From Squalus acanthias (Eukaryota): 64,000 nt of DNA. Both the position numbers and the translations under genes were made by a program. The stretch is taken from NCBI GenBank assembly GCA_030390025.1, contig CM059438.1, positions 54,872,001 to 54,936,000 on the forward strand, given 5' to 3'. Below, one piece after another: positions 23,101 to 36,115 of this stretch. The notes below the pieces were generated by a model. That model worked only from the letters and a program-made list of their open reading frames with translations, had not been told where the DNA came from and made no database searches. The stretch's first letter is position 1; every line of letters begins with the position of its first letter.

Positions 23101-23893
23101 TCTCTATTTCTCTCCCCGTGCCCTCATTCCCCAGTCGCCGTCTCTTTCCCGCGCCTCCATTCCCCAGTCGCCCTCTCTCCTCCAGATCCCCATCTCCCTC
23201 TCCCCCAGTGCCCCTGTTCCCCCGAGTTCCCATTCCCCAGTCCCCATCTTTCTCCTGAGCCCATTCCCCATCTCTCCCCTGGTCACCCCATTTCCCAGTC
23301 TCCCTCTCTCCCCGAGCCCCCATTCCTGAGCTCTCTCCCCCGAGCCCCCATTCCCCAGTCTCCATCACTCCCCTCATTTATTCCCCAGTCTCAATTTCTC
23401 TCCCCAAGCCCAATTTCCCAGATTCCCTCTCTCCCCGAGCCATCATTCCCAGTTTCCCCCGTCTCCCGAGCCCCCATCGCTCCCTTCTTCCCTATTCCTC
23501 AGTCACCCTCTCTCCCTCAACCCCCATTCCCCACTCTCCTCCCGAGCCCACATTCCCCAATCTCCGTCTCCTCGAGCCCCTATTCCTCAGTCTCCCTCTC
23601 TCCCCGAGCCCCCATTCCCCAATCTCCCTCTCCCCCCGAGCCCCCACTCCCTCTCTCCCTGGGCCCCCATTCCCCAGTCTCTCCGAGCCCCTATTCCCCC
23701 ATTCCCCAGTCTCTCCGAGCCCCTATTCCCCAGTCTCCCTCTCTCCCAGAGCCCCCATTCCCCAATCTCCCTCTCTCTCCCCGAGCCCCTATTCCACAAT
23801 CTCCCTCTCTCTCCCCGAGCTCCCATTCCCCAATCCCCCTCTCTCTCCCCGAGCCCCCATTCCCCAGTCTCCCTCTCTCCCCGAGCCCACATA
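17106..23893. repeat. C/T-rich satellite built on GAGCCCCCATTCCCC, with pure 28-bp (about 18419-19021) and 30-bp (about 20240-20955) sub-arrays
   Basis: Strong pyrimidine strand bias; the motif resumes at about 28386-28595 after the CR1 insertions. Confidence 0.93.
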
Positions 23894-24241
23894 AATCCCC
23901 AGAGCCTGATAAATCTACATCCTAGGGTACTTAAGGAAGTGGCCCTAGAAATAGTAGATGCATTGCTGGTCATCTTCCAAAATTCTATAGACTCGAACAG
24001 TACCCATGGATTGGAGGGTAGCTAATGTAACCCCACTATTTAAAAAAGGTGGTAGAGAGAAAATGGGAAATTAAGCCTGACATCGGTAGTGGGGAAAATG
24101 CTAGAGTCCATTATAAAAGATGTAATAGCAGAGCACTTGGAAAACAGTGACAGGATCAGACAAAGTCAACATGGATTTACAAAGGGTAAATCATGCTCGA
24201 CTAATCTGCTGGAATTTTTTGAGGATGTAACTGGTAGAATA

Positions 24242-27161
24242 AAAAATGTGAGCATAAAAAAAGCCTGAGGGTTTTATACCTTAATGCGAGAAGCATCAGG
24301 AACAAGGTAGATGAATTAGCTGTGGAAATAGAGGTTAATAATTATGATCTAATTGGGATTACGGAAACATGGTTGCAGGGTGAGCAGGGCTGGGAGCTTA
24401 ACATACAGGGGTATTCAGTATTTAGGAAGGATCGACAAAAAAGAAAGGGAGGAGGGGTAGCATTGCTGGTAAAAGAGGGGATAAATGCAATTGAAAGGAA
24501 GGATATTAACTCAGTTAATACAGAATCTATATGGGTGGAGCTAAGAAATAGCGAGGGGCGAAAAACATTAATAGGAGTGGTATATAGGCCTCCAAATAGT
24601 AAAATAGAGGTTGGGGAGGGCATCACGAGGGAAATTAGAGAAGTGTGCAATAAGAGCACAGCTGTCATCATAGGTGACTTTAACTTACATATAGATTGGA
24701 CTAGCCTAATCAGTAAAAATAATGAGGAGGAATTCCTTGAGTGTTTAAGGGATGGTTATCTGGATCAATATGTCGAGGAACCAACTCGGGAACAGGCTAT
24801 ATTGGACTGGGTACTGTGCAATGAGAAGGGACTAATTAGTAATCTTGTTGTACGGGGACCCTTGGGTCAGAGCGATCATAACATGATCGATTTCTCACTC
24901 GAAATGGAGAGCGAAGAAATTGACTCAGAGACTAAGGTCCTGAATTTAAACAAGGGGAATTATGATGCCATTAGACGGGAACTGAGTAGGTCTGATTGGA
25001 CAACGTTCCTGGGAGGACTGGAGGTAGATAAACAATGGCAAGCATTTAAAGATAGAATGACAAAATTGCAAAAATTGTTTATACCAATCTGGCATAAAAG
25101 GAAATCTAAAAAGGTGACTCAACCGTGGATAACAGGGGAAATTAGAGACAGCATAAAATCCAAAGATAGGGCGTATAAAATAGCCAAAAAAAGCGCCAGA
25201 GCGGAAGATTGGGAACAGTTTAAGATAGAGCAAAGGAGGACAAAGGGCTTAATCAAGAGGGGCAAAATAGCTTACGAAAGCAAGCTGGCGGAAAATATAA
25301 AAACTAACTCCAAAAGCTTTTATAAGTATATCAAGAGGAAAAGACTGGTGAAAACCAAAGTTGGTCCATTGCAGTCAGATACGGGGGAATATATAACGGG
25401 AAATAAGGAAATGGCAGACCAACTAAATGCATACTTTGGGTCAGTCTTTACGAAGGAAGACACAAAAAACCTCCCTGGGATATCGGGAAAAATAGGGACA
25501 TTGGCAAAGGAGGAACTGACGCAAATCAATATCTCTAAGGATATGGTGTTAAGGAAGCTAAAGGGATTGAAGGCGGACAAATCCCCAGGGCCTGATAACA
25601 TGCATCCTAGGGTACTGAAGGAGGTGGCCCTAGAGATAGCGGATGCACTAAGTATGATTTTTCAGAATTCATTAGACTCGGGAACAGTGCCCATGGATTG
25701 GAGGGTAGCTAACGTTACCCCACTATTCAAAAAGGGGGGTAGGGAAAAAGCAGGTAATTACAGACCTGTAAGCCTTACATCAGTTGTGGGCAAAATGCTG
25801 GAGTCCATCATTAAGGATGAAATAGCGGAGCACTTAGCAAATGGGGACAGGATAGGACAGAGTCAACATGGATTTACAAAGGGTAAATCGTGCTTGACTA
25901 ATCTATTGGAATTTTTTGAGGGAGTAACTGGTAAAATAGATGGGGGAGAGCCAGTAGATGTGGTGTACCTGGACTTCCAAAAGGCCTTCGACAAGGTCCC
26001 ACATAAAAGATTAGCATGGAAAATTGAAGCTCATGGGATAAAGGGGAAAGTATTGACGTGGATAGAGAACTGGCTGTCAGATAGAAAACAGAGAGTTGGA
26101 ATAAACGGCTCATTTTCTGAATGGCAGGCAGTAACAAGTGGGGTACCGCAGGGATCTGTCCTGGGTCCCCAGCTGTTCACAATTTACATTAATGACCTGG
26201 ATCAGGGAGTCGGATGCAGCATTTCCAAATTTGCAGACGACACTAAACTAGGAGGGGGGGTGGGCTCAGAGGAGGAGACCAGGAAGCTCCAGAGCGATTT
26301 GGACAGACTGGGTGATTGGGCGGATAAATGGCAGATGCACTATAATGTGGACAAGTGCGAAGTTATCCACCTTGGGTGCAGGAACGGGAGGGCAAATTAT
26401 TATTTAAATGGCAATAAATTGGGAGAGGGGGAAGTACAGAGAGACCTGGGTGTTCTTGTACACCAGTCACTGAAGGCGAGCATGCAGGTGCAACAGGCGG
26501 TCAAGAAGGCAAACTGTATGCTGGCCTTCATAGCAAAAGGGTTGGAATACAGGAACAGGGATACCTTGCTGCAGCTGTACAGGGCACTGGTGAGACCACA
26601 CCTCGAGTACTGTGTACAGTTTTGGTCGCCTCATCTGAGGAAAGATGTTCTTGCCATGGAGGGGGTGCAGCGGCGATTCACGAGGCTGATACCAGGAATG
26701 GCGGGATTGACCTATGAGGAGAGACTATGTAGTTTAGGGATGTACACACTGGAGTTTAGAAGATTGAGAGGGGACCTCATAGAAGTGTATAAAATTCTGA
26801 CAGGTCTAGACAGACTAGATGCAGAAGGAATGTTTCCCTTGGCGGGTGAGAACAGAACTAGAGGACATAATTTAAGGATAAGGGCTAAACCATTTAGGAC
26901 AGAAATGAGGGGGAATTTCTTCACTCAGAGGGTGGTGAACCTGTGGAACTCATTGCCACAGAGGGCAGTGTACGCCAGCTCATTAAATATATTTAAGAGG
27001 GAATTAGATATATTTCTACAGGCAAAAGGGGTTAAGGGTTACGGAGAGAAGGCGGGGACGGGATACTGAATTGGAGGATCAGCCATGATCTCATTAAATG
27101 GCGGAGCAGGCTCGAAGGGCCGGATGGCCTACTCCTGCTCCTATCTTCTATGTATCTATGT
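24242..27161 (+). mobile_element. CR1 copy D: truncated just upstream of ORF2 endonuclease, inserted in copy C
   Basis: 4-bp TSD AATA (24238-24241 / 27162-27165); (TCTATGTA)n tail. Confidence 0.92.
24244..27069 (+). CDS. Uninterrupted CR1 ORF2 (APE endonuclease + reverse transcriptase), no upstream ATG retained
   Basis: Open from the truncation point: [39 protein letters not shown] through to stop at 27069. Confidence 0.85.
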   Translation, partial: KCEHKKSLRVLYLNARSIRNKVDELAVEIEVNNYDLIGITETWLQGEQGWELNIQGYSVFRKDRQKRKGGGVALLVKEGINAIERKDINSVNTESIWVELRNSEGRKTLIGVVYRPPNSKIEVGEGITREIREVCNKSTAVIIGDFNLHIDWTSLISKNNEEEFLECLRDGYLDQYVEEPTREQAILDWVLCNEKGLISNLVVRGPLGQSDHNMIDFSLEMESEEIDSETKVLNLNKGNYDAIRRELSRSDWTTFLGGLEVDKQWQAFKDRMTKLQKLFIPIWHKRKSKKVTQPWITGEIRDSIKSKDRAYKIAKKSARAEDWEQFKIEQRRTKGLIKRGKIAYESKLAENIKTNSKSFYKYIKRKRLVKTKVGPLQSDTGEYITGNKEMADQLNAYFGSVFTKEDTKNLPGISGKIGTLAKEELTQINISKDMVLRKLKGLKADKSPGPDNMHPRVLKEVALEIADALSMIFQNSLDSGTVPMDWRVANVTPLFKKGGREKAGNYRPVSLTSVVGKMLESIIKDEIAEHLANGDRIGQSQHGFTKGKSCLTNLLEFFEGVTGKIDGGEPVDVVYLDFQKAFDKVPHKRLAWKIEAHGIKGKVLTWIENWLSDRKQRVGINGSFSEWQAVTSGVPQGSVLGPQLFTIYINDLDQGVGCSISKFADDTKLGGGVGSEEETRKLQSDLDRLGDWADKWQMHYNVDKCEVIHLGCRNGRANYYLNGNKLGEGEVQRDLGVLVHQSLKASMQVQQAVKKANCMLAFIAKGLEYRNRDTLLQLYRALVRPHLEYCVQFWSPHLRKDVLAMEGVQRRFTRLIPGMAGLTYEERLCSLGMYTLEFRRLRGDLIEVYKILTGLDRLDAEGMFPLAGENRTRGHNLRIRAKPFRTEMRGNFFTQRVVNLWNSLPQRAVYASSLNIFKRELDIFLQAKGVKGYGEKAGTGY

Positions 27162-29168
27162 AATAGATAAGGGAGAACCAGTGGATGTGGTGTATTTGGA
27201 CTTTCAGAAGGCTTTCGATAAGGTCCCACATAAGAGATTAGCGTGCAAAGTTAAAGCACACGGGATTGGGGGTAAGGTACTGTCTTGGATAGAAAACTGG
27301 TTGGCAGACAGGAAGCGAAGAGTTGGAATAAACGGGTCTTTTTCCGAGTGGCAGGCAGTGACTAGTGGGGTACCGCAGGAATCGGTGCTAGGACTCCAGT
27401 TATTCACAATATATATTAATGATCTAGACGAGGGAACTAGATGTAATATCTCCAAGTTTGCAGACGATACAAAGCTGGGTGGGCGTGTGTGCTGTGAGGA
27501 GGATGCAGAGAAACTCCAGTATGATTTGGACAGGTTGGGTGATTGGGCAGATGCATGGCAGATGCAGTATAATGTGGATAAATGCGAGGTTATCCACTTT
27601 GGTGGCAAAAACAGGAAGGCAGATTATTATCTGAACGGCAATAGATTGGGAAAAGGGGAAGTGCAATGAGACCTGGGTGTCCTTGTGCACCAGTCGCTGA
27701 AGGTAAGCATGCAGGTGCAGCAGGCGGTTAAGAAGGCAAATGGTATGTTGGCCTTCATAGTGAGAGGATTCGAGTACAGGAGCAAGGATGTCTTGCTGCA
27801 GTTGTACAGGGCCTTGGTGAGACCACACCTTGAGTATTGTGTGCAGTTTTGGTCGCCTTATCTGAGGAAGGATGTTCTTGCCATGGAGAGAGTGCAATGA
27901 AGATTCACCAGACTGATACCTGGGATGGCAGGAATGACGTATGAAGAGAGATTGGGTTGATTGGGCTTGTATTCGCTAGAGTTTAGAAGAATGAGAGGGG
28001 ATCTCATTGAAACTTATAAAATTCTAACAGGACTAGACAGACTAGATGCAGGAAGGATGTTCCCGATGGCGGGGGAGTCCAGAACCAGGGGTCACAGTCT
28101 AAGGATAAGGGGTAAGCCATTTAGGACTGAGATGAGGAGGGATTTCTTCACCCAGAGAGTGGTGAACCTGTGGAATTCTCTACCACAGAAGACAGTTGAG
28201 TCCAATTCATTAAATATATTCAAGAAGGAGTTAGATATATTTCTTAAGGCTAAGGGGATGAAGGGATATGGGGAGAAAGCAGGGACAGGGTACTGAATTT
28301 GGATGATCAGCCATGATCTCATTAAATGGCAGAGCAGGCTCGAGGGGCCGAATGGCCTACTCCTGCTCCTATCTTCTATGTTTCTATTCCCCAGTCCTCC
28401 CCTCTCCCTAAGCCCCCATTCCCCAGTCTCCATCTCTCCCCATTCCCCAGTCTTTCTCCCCGAGCCCCCATTCCCAGTCTCGCTCTCCCTGAGCCCCCGT
28501 TCCCGAGTCTCCATCTCTCCCCCCAAGCCCCCAAACTCCCCCTCTCCCCTGAACCCCCATTCCCCAGTCTCCATCTCTTCCCCCGAGCCTCCCTTCCTTA
28601 CACAGAGCTTCGTCAGAGGGGATCTCGTGGTGACTATTGAGCCAAAGATCAGCACGTGGGATTGGCAGCTCCTCGGAAATTCCTGAATTGTTTGTGCACT
28701 GCTGTTTGCTGGAACTCCATCTTGTAGTAGTGTATGCTTTCACGATGAAATTACTTGCTTCAGTTCGACTCTGAGCTTTCAGGGGAGCAATGCAAAGAGG
28801 AGGTTTAAGGGTCATCATCATTTTCATCACAGACTCTTCATTCCTTCATCATCATTTCCTTAAAATTGAGAGAAGATCCTTTGTATCGAGGCTATTAAAT
28901 GAAATCTAATCTCCCAGATTGTCAAGTACAGTCTATTAATTGTTGAGAAATCCAGCTGTCTGAGCCCCATTACCTCTCTGAGCTTCATTATAGCGCTGTG
29001 TAAATCCCATTATAACTGTGTCCAATCCCCAATATATATGTCCATCTCTCCCGAGCCCCCAGTCTCCAATATCTGTTAGCTCCCTCACAGTGAGCAGACT
29101 TGTAAAGTTATCCCATAATGTTCTCCCAAAGAAGTCACAGTGTTCTATATGATGCACATCAGATCAAG

Positions 29169-29174
29169 TTTAAT
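29169..29174 (-). promoter_or_regulatory. Candidate polyadenylation signal (ATTAAA) of the hexokinase 3' UTR
   Basis: Hexamer about 700 nt downstream of the stop in AT-rich unique sequence; no transcript support. Confidence 0.3.
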
Positions 29175-29875
29175 GTATGCACAATATCACTTTAAAACAC
29201 GTGCGCCTCTACTAGAGTGTATAAAATTAAAGGTTCTGCGACATCAGCAAGGCATGCATTTTACATAAATCTCAACATACTCATCTACAAGAAGTGACGG
29301 CAATGAGAACACAACACTCAACGATGTTTCCTGAAAATGCATTTCAGATTGGAACAACTGCTTTCATTTCTCAGGGGAAATTTTAAGTTACCAAATATAT
29401 ATACCTTTGTTAAGACACGACACAATACTTCACAAATTATATAACAAACAACAGGTAAATCAGAATACCTTTGTTACTTAGAATGTTGTACAGCTACAAC
29501 AAAGCAGGTTAGGTGGAGCTCAATTCCAGTTTCATCCCCTTCAACAGCCTTAGGAAAATCAGTGAACAGACACTTTAAATGCTAGTGTATTTGGGTGACA
29601 GTAAGCATAAAACTGGAGTTGATACAGAGCAGTGATGACTTGAAATTGGGACTTTTGCAAATCCAGCAGCCTCTAATTAACCGGTGTGTTGCTGCTGTTC
29701 TTTTTGGCATTTCATACGGAAGTTTTTTGCATGTTTATCTATGCCGTGCTCAGCAGAACACACTTGTGAGAAATCTCAACTATGACGATCGAGCCATAGC
29801 TGTTTTAAAAAGAAAAGTGCAGGGAATATGCAATACTACCCCTGTCCCAGGAGTTAGTGCTGTCCACGAGGGGTC

Positions 29876-30017
29876 TTACTGCCCAGATTCACGAAGTCTA
29901 CAGGCCACGGCTGTAATAAGGGCAGCTCCCTTTCCACTGCCATCTTCTGATAACAGGAACGTCACATCACATTTTGGGGCTAGTTCCTTCACTGTTTTAT
30001 GCATGATCTTTGAAAAA
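29876..30017 (-). CDS. HK1: Hexokinase terminal coding exon (exon 18 equivalent)
   Basis: AG acceptor at 30018-30019; (H)[46 protein letters not shown]; phase fits previous exon. Paralogue assignment is less certain than family. Confidence 0.9.
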
Positions 30018-30600
30018 CTGTTAATGAAAAAGAAACAACATCTCAGTGTGATTGTTTGGTCATGAATTCTGCCTAATCCCAGTCCCACAACATACCATAT
30101 CATCAATAACCAAGAGGCGAGGCTCTGCAATGATCTAGTGACTAAAAGCAACATCAGTGCACTCAGGATTACAGACCAGGAGTTAAACAAACACTGGACT
30201 GTTATCAGGACATGGGCAAAGCACAGAATTCGAAGCAAGGTTCAGGCACAGGCTGGGAATGGGACCGGAGCTATTGCCCTACTCCCTATAGACCCGGGGT
30301 GCTGCAGTCCCAACTGACCGCGGTTAGCAAAGCATGGACCTGATCAGATCTGGGATTTTCTGGTCTGTGTAGTGCTGCACTAGGCCTCACTTCTGTTGTG
30401 TAATGCAACTTTGATGCACTAGTCTGCAGCTTTGTTGTTCGCCTCAAATGGTCTTTGTGTTTGTGCTTTGTCGCTCAGATTCGTCTTCCTCGGCTCCGCC
30501 CATTCATTTCAATCACGAGCAGCACCTGCCATTTTCTGATATGTGCTATAGCAGCGCGGCTTCCTAAAGTCTGCGTGGAACTACCCCCCACCCCTCGAAT

Positions 30601-32522
30601 ACCTGCTCACAGAGCACTCCCGGTATACACCTGTTCACAGAGCACTCCCGGTATACACGGGTTCACAGAGCACTCCCGGTATACACGGGTTCACAGAGCA
30701 CTCCCGGTATACATGGGCTCACAGAGCACTCCCGGTATACACTTGCTCACAGAGCACTCCCGGTATACACGGGTTCACAGAGCACTCCCTGTATACACCT
30801 GCTCACAGAGCACTCCCGGTATACACCTGTTCACAGAGCACTCCCGGTATACACGGGTTCACAGAGCACTCCCGGTATACACGGGTTCACAGAGCACTCC
30901 CGGTATACACGGGTTCACAGAGCACTCCCGGTATACACGGGTTCACAGAGCACTCCCGGTATACACGGGCTCACAGAGCACTCCCTGTATACACCTGCTC
31001 ACAGAGCACTCCCTGTATACACCTGCTCACAGAGCACTCCCGGTATACACGGGTTCACAGAGCACTCCCGGTATACATGGGCTCACAGATCACTCCCGGT
31101 ATACACCTGCTCACAGAGCACTCCCGGTATACACCTGTTCACAGAGCACTCCCGGTATACACGGGCTCACAGAGCACTCCCGGTATACACGGGCTCACAG
31201 AGCACTCCCGGTATACACGGGCTCACAGAGCACTCCCGGTATACACCGGCTCACAGAGCACTCCCTGTATACACCTGTTCACAGAGCACTCCCGGTATAC
31301 ACCTGTTCACAGAGCACTCCCGGTATACACCTGCTCACAGAGCACTCCCGGTATACACCTGTTCACAGAGCAGTCCCGGTATACACCTGTTCACAGAGCA
31401 CTCCCGGTATACACCTGTTTTCAGAGCACTCCCGGTATACACCTGTTCACAGAGCACTCCCGGTATACACGGGCTCACAGAGCACTCCCGGTATACACCT
31501 GCTCACAGAGCACTCCCGGTATACACGGGCTCACAGAGCACTCCCGGTATACACGGGCTCACAGAGCACTCCCGGTATACACGGGCTCACGGAGCACTCC
31601 CGGTATACACCTGCTCACGGAGCACTCCCGGTATACACCTGTTCACAGAGCACTCCCGGTATACACGGGCTCACAGAGCACTCCCGGTATACACGGGCTC
31701 ACAGAGCACTCCCGGTATACACGGGCTCACAGAGCACTCCCGGTATACACGGGCTCACAGAGCACTCCCGGTATACACGGGCTCACAGAGCACTCCCGGT
31801 ATACACGGGCTCACAGAGCACTCCCGGTATACATCTGTTCACAGAGCACTCCCGGTATACACCTGTTCACAGAGCACTCCCGGTATACACCTGTTCACAG
31901 AGCACTCCCGGTATACACGGGCTCACAGAGCACTCCCGGTATACACGGGCTCACAGAGCACTCCCGGTATACACGGGCTCACAGAGCACTCCCGGTATAC
32001 ACGGGCTCACAGAGCAGTCCCGGTATACACCTGTTCACAGAGCACTCCCGGTATACACCTGTTCACAGAGCACTCCCGGTATACATGGGCTCACAGAGCA
32101 CTCCCGGTATGCACGGGCTCACAGAGCACTCCCGGTATACACGGGCTCACAGAGCACTCCCTGTATACACCTGCTCACAGAGCACTCCCGGTATACACGG
32201 GCTCACAGAGCACTCCCGGTATACACGGGCTCACAGAGCACTCCCTGTATACACCTGCTCACAGAGCACTCCCGGTATACACCTGCTCACAGAGCAGTCC
32301 CGGTATACACGGGCTCACAGAGCACTCCCGGTATACACCTGTTCACAGAGCACTCCCGGTATACACCTGCTCACAGAGCAGTCCCGGTATACACCTGTTC
32401 ACAGAGCACTCCCGGTATACACCTGCTCACAGAGCAGTCCCGGTATACACCTGTTCACAGAGCACTCCCGGTATACACCTGCTCACAGAGCACTCCCGGT
32501 ATACACCTGCTCACAGAGCACT
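30601..32522. repeat. 28-bp minisatellite (ACAGAGCACTCCCGGTATACAC[CT/GG]G[C/T]TC), about 68 copies, in the last hexokinase intron
   Basis: Direct tandem repetition with constant period. Confidence 0.97.
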
Positions 32523-32839
32523 CTCAGGCCCTGAGGTTCGGCTGCAGTCACTGCGAGGCCCCTCCCAGGCCAAGAGGTCCCCCTAAATTCTACACAAGGA
32601 ATGAGCCAAGGCCAGTGATGCCCCATTGTGATGAACAGAACCAAGCTGCCTTCTAGAACAGCGCACACAGCCAAGGCCAACTGCAGTAAAACATTTTGGT
32701 AATGACTATCCGTTTCTTGGAGACTTCAAAACAGCAACAGCTCCTTTAGACTACTTCTGCTTTTAGGCGTCTTCAGGGAACTCTTAAAGCCGTGTTTCTA
32801 TGGGTGAGGCATTACCCTCACCTGGCATAACCCGAGGAA

Positions 32840-34889
32840 AGTGAGAAACAAAAACTCCACGGGAAAAGTGATCCAACCGTGGCTAACTAAAGAAGTTAAG
32901 GATAGCATTAGATTGAAAGAAGCTTATAATGTTGCGAAGAATAGTAGTAAGCCTGAGAATTGGGAGAGTTTCAGAAACCAGCAAAGGATGACCAAAAAAT
33001 TGATAAAAAGGGAAAAAATAGAATGAGAGAAAACTAGCAAGAAATATAAAAGCAGATTGTAAGAGCTTCTACAAGTATGTAAAAAGGAAGAGAGTAGCAA
33101 AAGTAAATGTTGGTCGCTTAGAGGCTGAGACAGAAGAAATTATTATAGGGAATAAGGAAATGCAGAAACGTTAAACAAATATTTTGTATCTGTCTTCACA
33201 GTAGAAAACACAAAAAGCATACCAAAAATGGTGGGGAACCAAGGGTCTAATGAGGGTGAGGAATTTAACGTAATTAATATAAGCAGAGAAAAAGTACTCG
33301 AGAAATTAATGGGACTAAAAGCCGACAAATCCCCTGGACCTGACGGCCTACATCCTAGGGTTCTAAAAGAGGTGGCTGCAGCGATAGTGGATGCATTGGT
33401 TTTGATCTTCCAAAATTCCCTAGATTCTAGAATGGTCCCAGCAGATTGGAAGGTAGCAAATGTAACCCTGCTATTCAAGAAAGGAGAGGGAGAGAAAACA
33501 GGGAACTACAGGCCAGTTAGCCTGACATCAGTCATCGGGAAATTGCTGGAAACCATTGTTAAGGAAGTGGTAACAGGGCACTTAGAAAATCATAACATGA
33601 TTAAGCAGAATCAACATGGTTTTATGAAAGTGAAATCGTGATTAACAAATTTATTAGAGTTTTTTGAGGATGTGACTAGCAGGGTAGATAAAGGGGAACC
33701 CGTGGATGTAGTATATTTGGATTTCTGAAAGGCATTCGATAAGGTGCCACATAAAAGATTATTACACAAGATAAGGGCTCATGGGGTTGGGGGTAATATA
33801 GTAGCATGAATAGAGGATTGGTTAACGGACAGAAAACAGGGAGTAGGAATAAACGGATCTTTTTCAGGGTGGCAGGCTGTAACTAGTGGGGTGCCGCAAG
33901 GATCAGTGCTGGGGCCTCAGCTATTTACAATCTATATTAATGACCTAGATGAAGGGACCGAGTGTAATGTATCCAAGCTTGCTGATGATACAAAGCTAGG
34001 TGGGACAGTAAGTTATGAGGAGAACACAAAGAGTCTGCAAAGGGATATAGATAGACTAAGTGAGTGGGCAGTAAAGTGGCAGATAGAGTATAATGTAGGG
34101 AAATGTGAGGTTATTCACTTTGGTAGGAAGAATAGAAAAACAGAATATTTTTTAAATGGTGAGAAACTTTTAAATGCTGGTGTTCACAGAGATTTGGGTG
34201 TCCTCGTGCAAGAAACACAGAAAGCTAGCATGCAGGTACAGAAAGCAATAAGGAAGGCAAATGGCATGTTGGCCTTTATTGCAAGTGGGTTGGAGTACAA
34301 GAGTAAGGAAGTCTTGCTACAATTGTACAGGGCCTTGGTGAGACCACACCTGGAGTACTGTGCACAGTTTTGGTCTCCTTATCTAAGGAAGGATATACTT
34401 GCCTTGGAGGCGGTGCAACAAAGGTTCACTAGATTGATTCCTGGGATGAGAGGGCTGTCCTTTGATGAGAGATTGTGTAGAATGGGCCTCTATTCTCTGG
34501 AGTTTAGAAGAATGAGAGGTGATCTCATTGAAACATACAAGATTCTGAGGGGGATTGACAGGGTAGATGCTGAGAGGTTGTTTCCCCTGGCTGGAGAGTC
34601 TAGAACTAGGGGGCGTAGTCTCAGGAGAAGGGGTCGGCCATTTAAGACATAGATGAGGAGGAATTTCTTATGACCCTTTGGAATTCTCTGCCCCAGAGGG
34701 CTGTGGATGCTGAGTCTTTGAGTATATTCAAGGCTGAGATCAATAGATTTTTGGACTCATGGGGAATCACGGGATATGGTGATCGGGCGGGAAATTGGAG
34801 TTGAGGTCGATGATCAGCCATGATCTTATTGAATGGCGGAGCAGGCTCAAGGGGCCGTGTGGCCTACTCCTATTTCTTATGTTCTTATG
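32840..34889 (+). mobile_element. 5'-truncated degenerate CR1 (ORF2 RT + 3' UTR)
   Basis: [30 protein letters not shown]; frameshifts and stops; (TTCTTATG)n tail. Confidence 0.92.
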
Positions 34890-35636
34890 ACACCTCGGTG
34901 ATTTGATGCCTCTTTTATGTAATTAAATATTATCTGTCTACCAGCCCTAGACTCAGATACAGTGCTCCCATCCCTGCCCTAACTTCACTGGAACTGCACG
35001 TCATGTGTTAATGGGGCCAAGGCCCAGCTCACAGGTCTCTGCCCCTTTCTCCTCTACCCAATGCCCCGCAAAAGGCTCGCTCGGGGCGTTAAGATCAGAG
35101 ATGTCGGGGCCTTTCTCTCTCAGTTCTTTCTATTTGGAAGTTAGTCATAATGAAAAGTAAAATCTTTTGAATTCCTAAATGGCAAACCATTTCATCCAAT
35201 TCAATGAGCAATTCATCCAATAATTTTTGATTGTAAATGTAATTTTTAGGCTAATGTTGCCCTCTTATTTTAAACAAGGTTAAACGTCATGTGGTATGAG
35301 TTTGGACAATCTCAGTCCAGTTCCTAGAGGGTATACGCCCACAGTACAAAACTGGCCCTAGTTTGTCACTAATTGTCAATGTTACTCAGACAGACCCGAG
35401 GATGGTGTGGTGTGAAATGGAACAAATGGCACACTGGTTTACTAGGAGGCGCTTTACTAAGACACACTGATGGGGCAACTTAGAGGGAGCTTTACTCTGT
35501 ACCTGGCTGTACTCTTCCTGACCTTAGAATGCTTGATGCCGACATTGGGTGGCTGAAATGAAAAGTGTTCCATTCCTCAGCACAATACCCTTCATCTAAT
35601 CTGCACAAAAATAATTTTTAAAAATTCAACACTTAC

Positions 35637-35870
35637 TGTGGGTGGAGCTTGTAGAGAGTTCCATCGACACCGACAGTGATCTCCAGGCGATCCAACTTCC
35701 GGTTCTCCCTTATTTTGTCGACGACAGCAGCCATTCCTGCACCACAGAGCTGGGCCGCTCTCTTGGAAACAACACCGCACACCTCCTTCACGATGATACT
35801 GTCGTCACAAGTGCTGTCCAGGCCCAGCTGCTGGAGGATTGCACGGACCTGGAGCAGAGCCAGCCGGTCA
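35637..35870 (-). CDS. HK1: Hexokinase exon 17 equivalent (234 bp)
   Basis: [81 protein letters not shown] boundaries. Confidence 0.93.
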
Positions 35871-35959
35871 CTGTTCACATGTAGAGAACAAAATGAGACG
35901 TCAGCCATGAATACCAGCATAGTCAAACTGGATGGGTCATCGAAAAAAAGACCGCATAC

Positions 35960-36115
35960 CTTTCTATCTGGGACAGAAACTTTGTTTCAAAGATGCTTCT
36001 AGTCTTTAGTCTCTCAGAGATCTGCCCTCTGAACAGGAATCCTCGTCTGGTGAAGTCAATGACCACATTTCGCACAATCTCACCCAGATACATCCCACTG
36101 ATCATTTTTTCATAT
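35960..36115 (-). CDS. HK1: Hexokinase exon 16 equivalent (156 bp)
   Basis: [55 protein letters not shown] boundaries; 89-bp intron follows. Confidence 0.93.

Larger units (their letters stand above)
23894..28385 (+). mobile_element. CR1 copy C: 5'-truncated, degenerate (segments 23894-24241 and 27162-28385)
   Basis: KSPEPD...FEDVTGRI|DKGEPVDVVYLDFQKAFD reads across the insertion; stop codons; 3' UTR and TTCTATG tail. Confidence 0.9.

Noticed and set aside
17181..23973. Pro/Ser-rich and Gly/Trp-rich ORFs up to 764 aa
   Set aside because: Artefacts of the C/T-rich satellite; open in overlapping frames on both strands.
30455..32656. 733-aa and 485-aa repetitive ORFs; CRISPR-like appearance
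   Set aside because: A 28-bp head-to-tail minisatellite with no unique spacers, in a eukaryotic intron.
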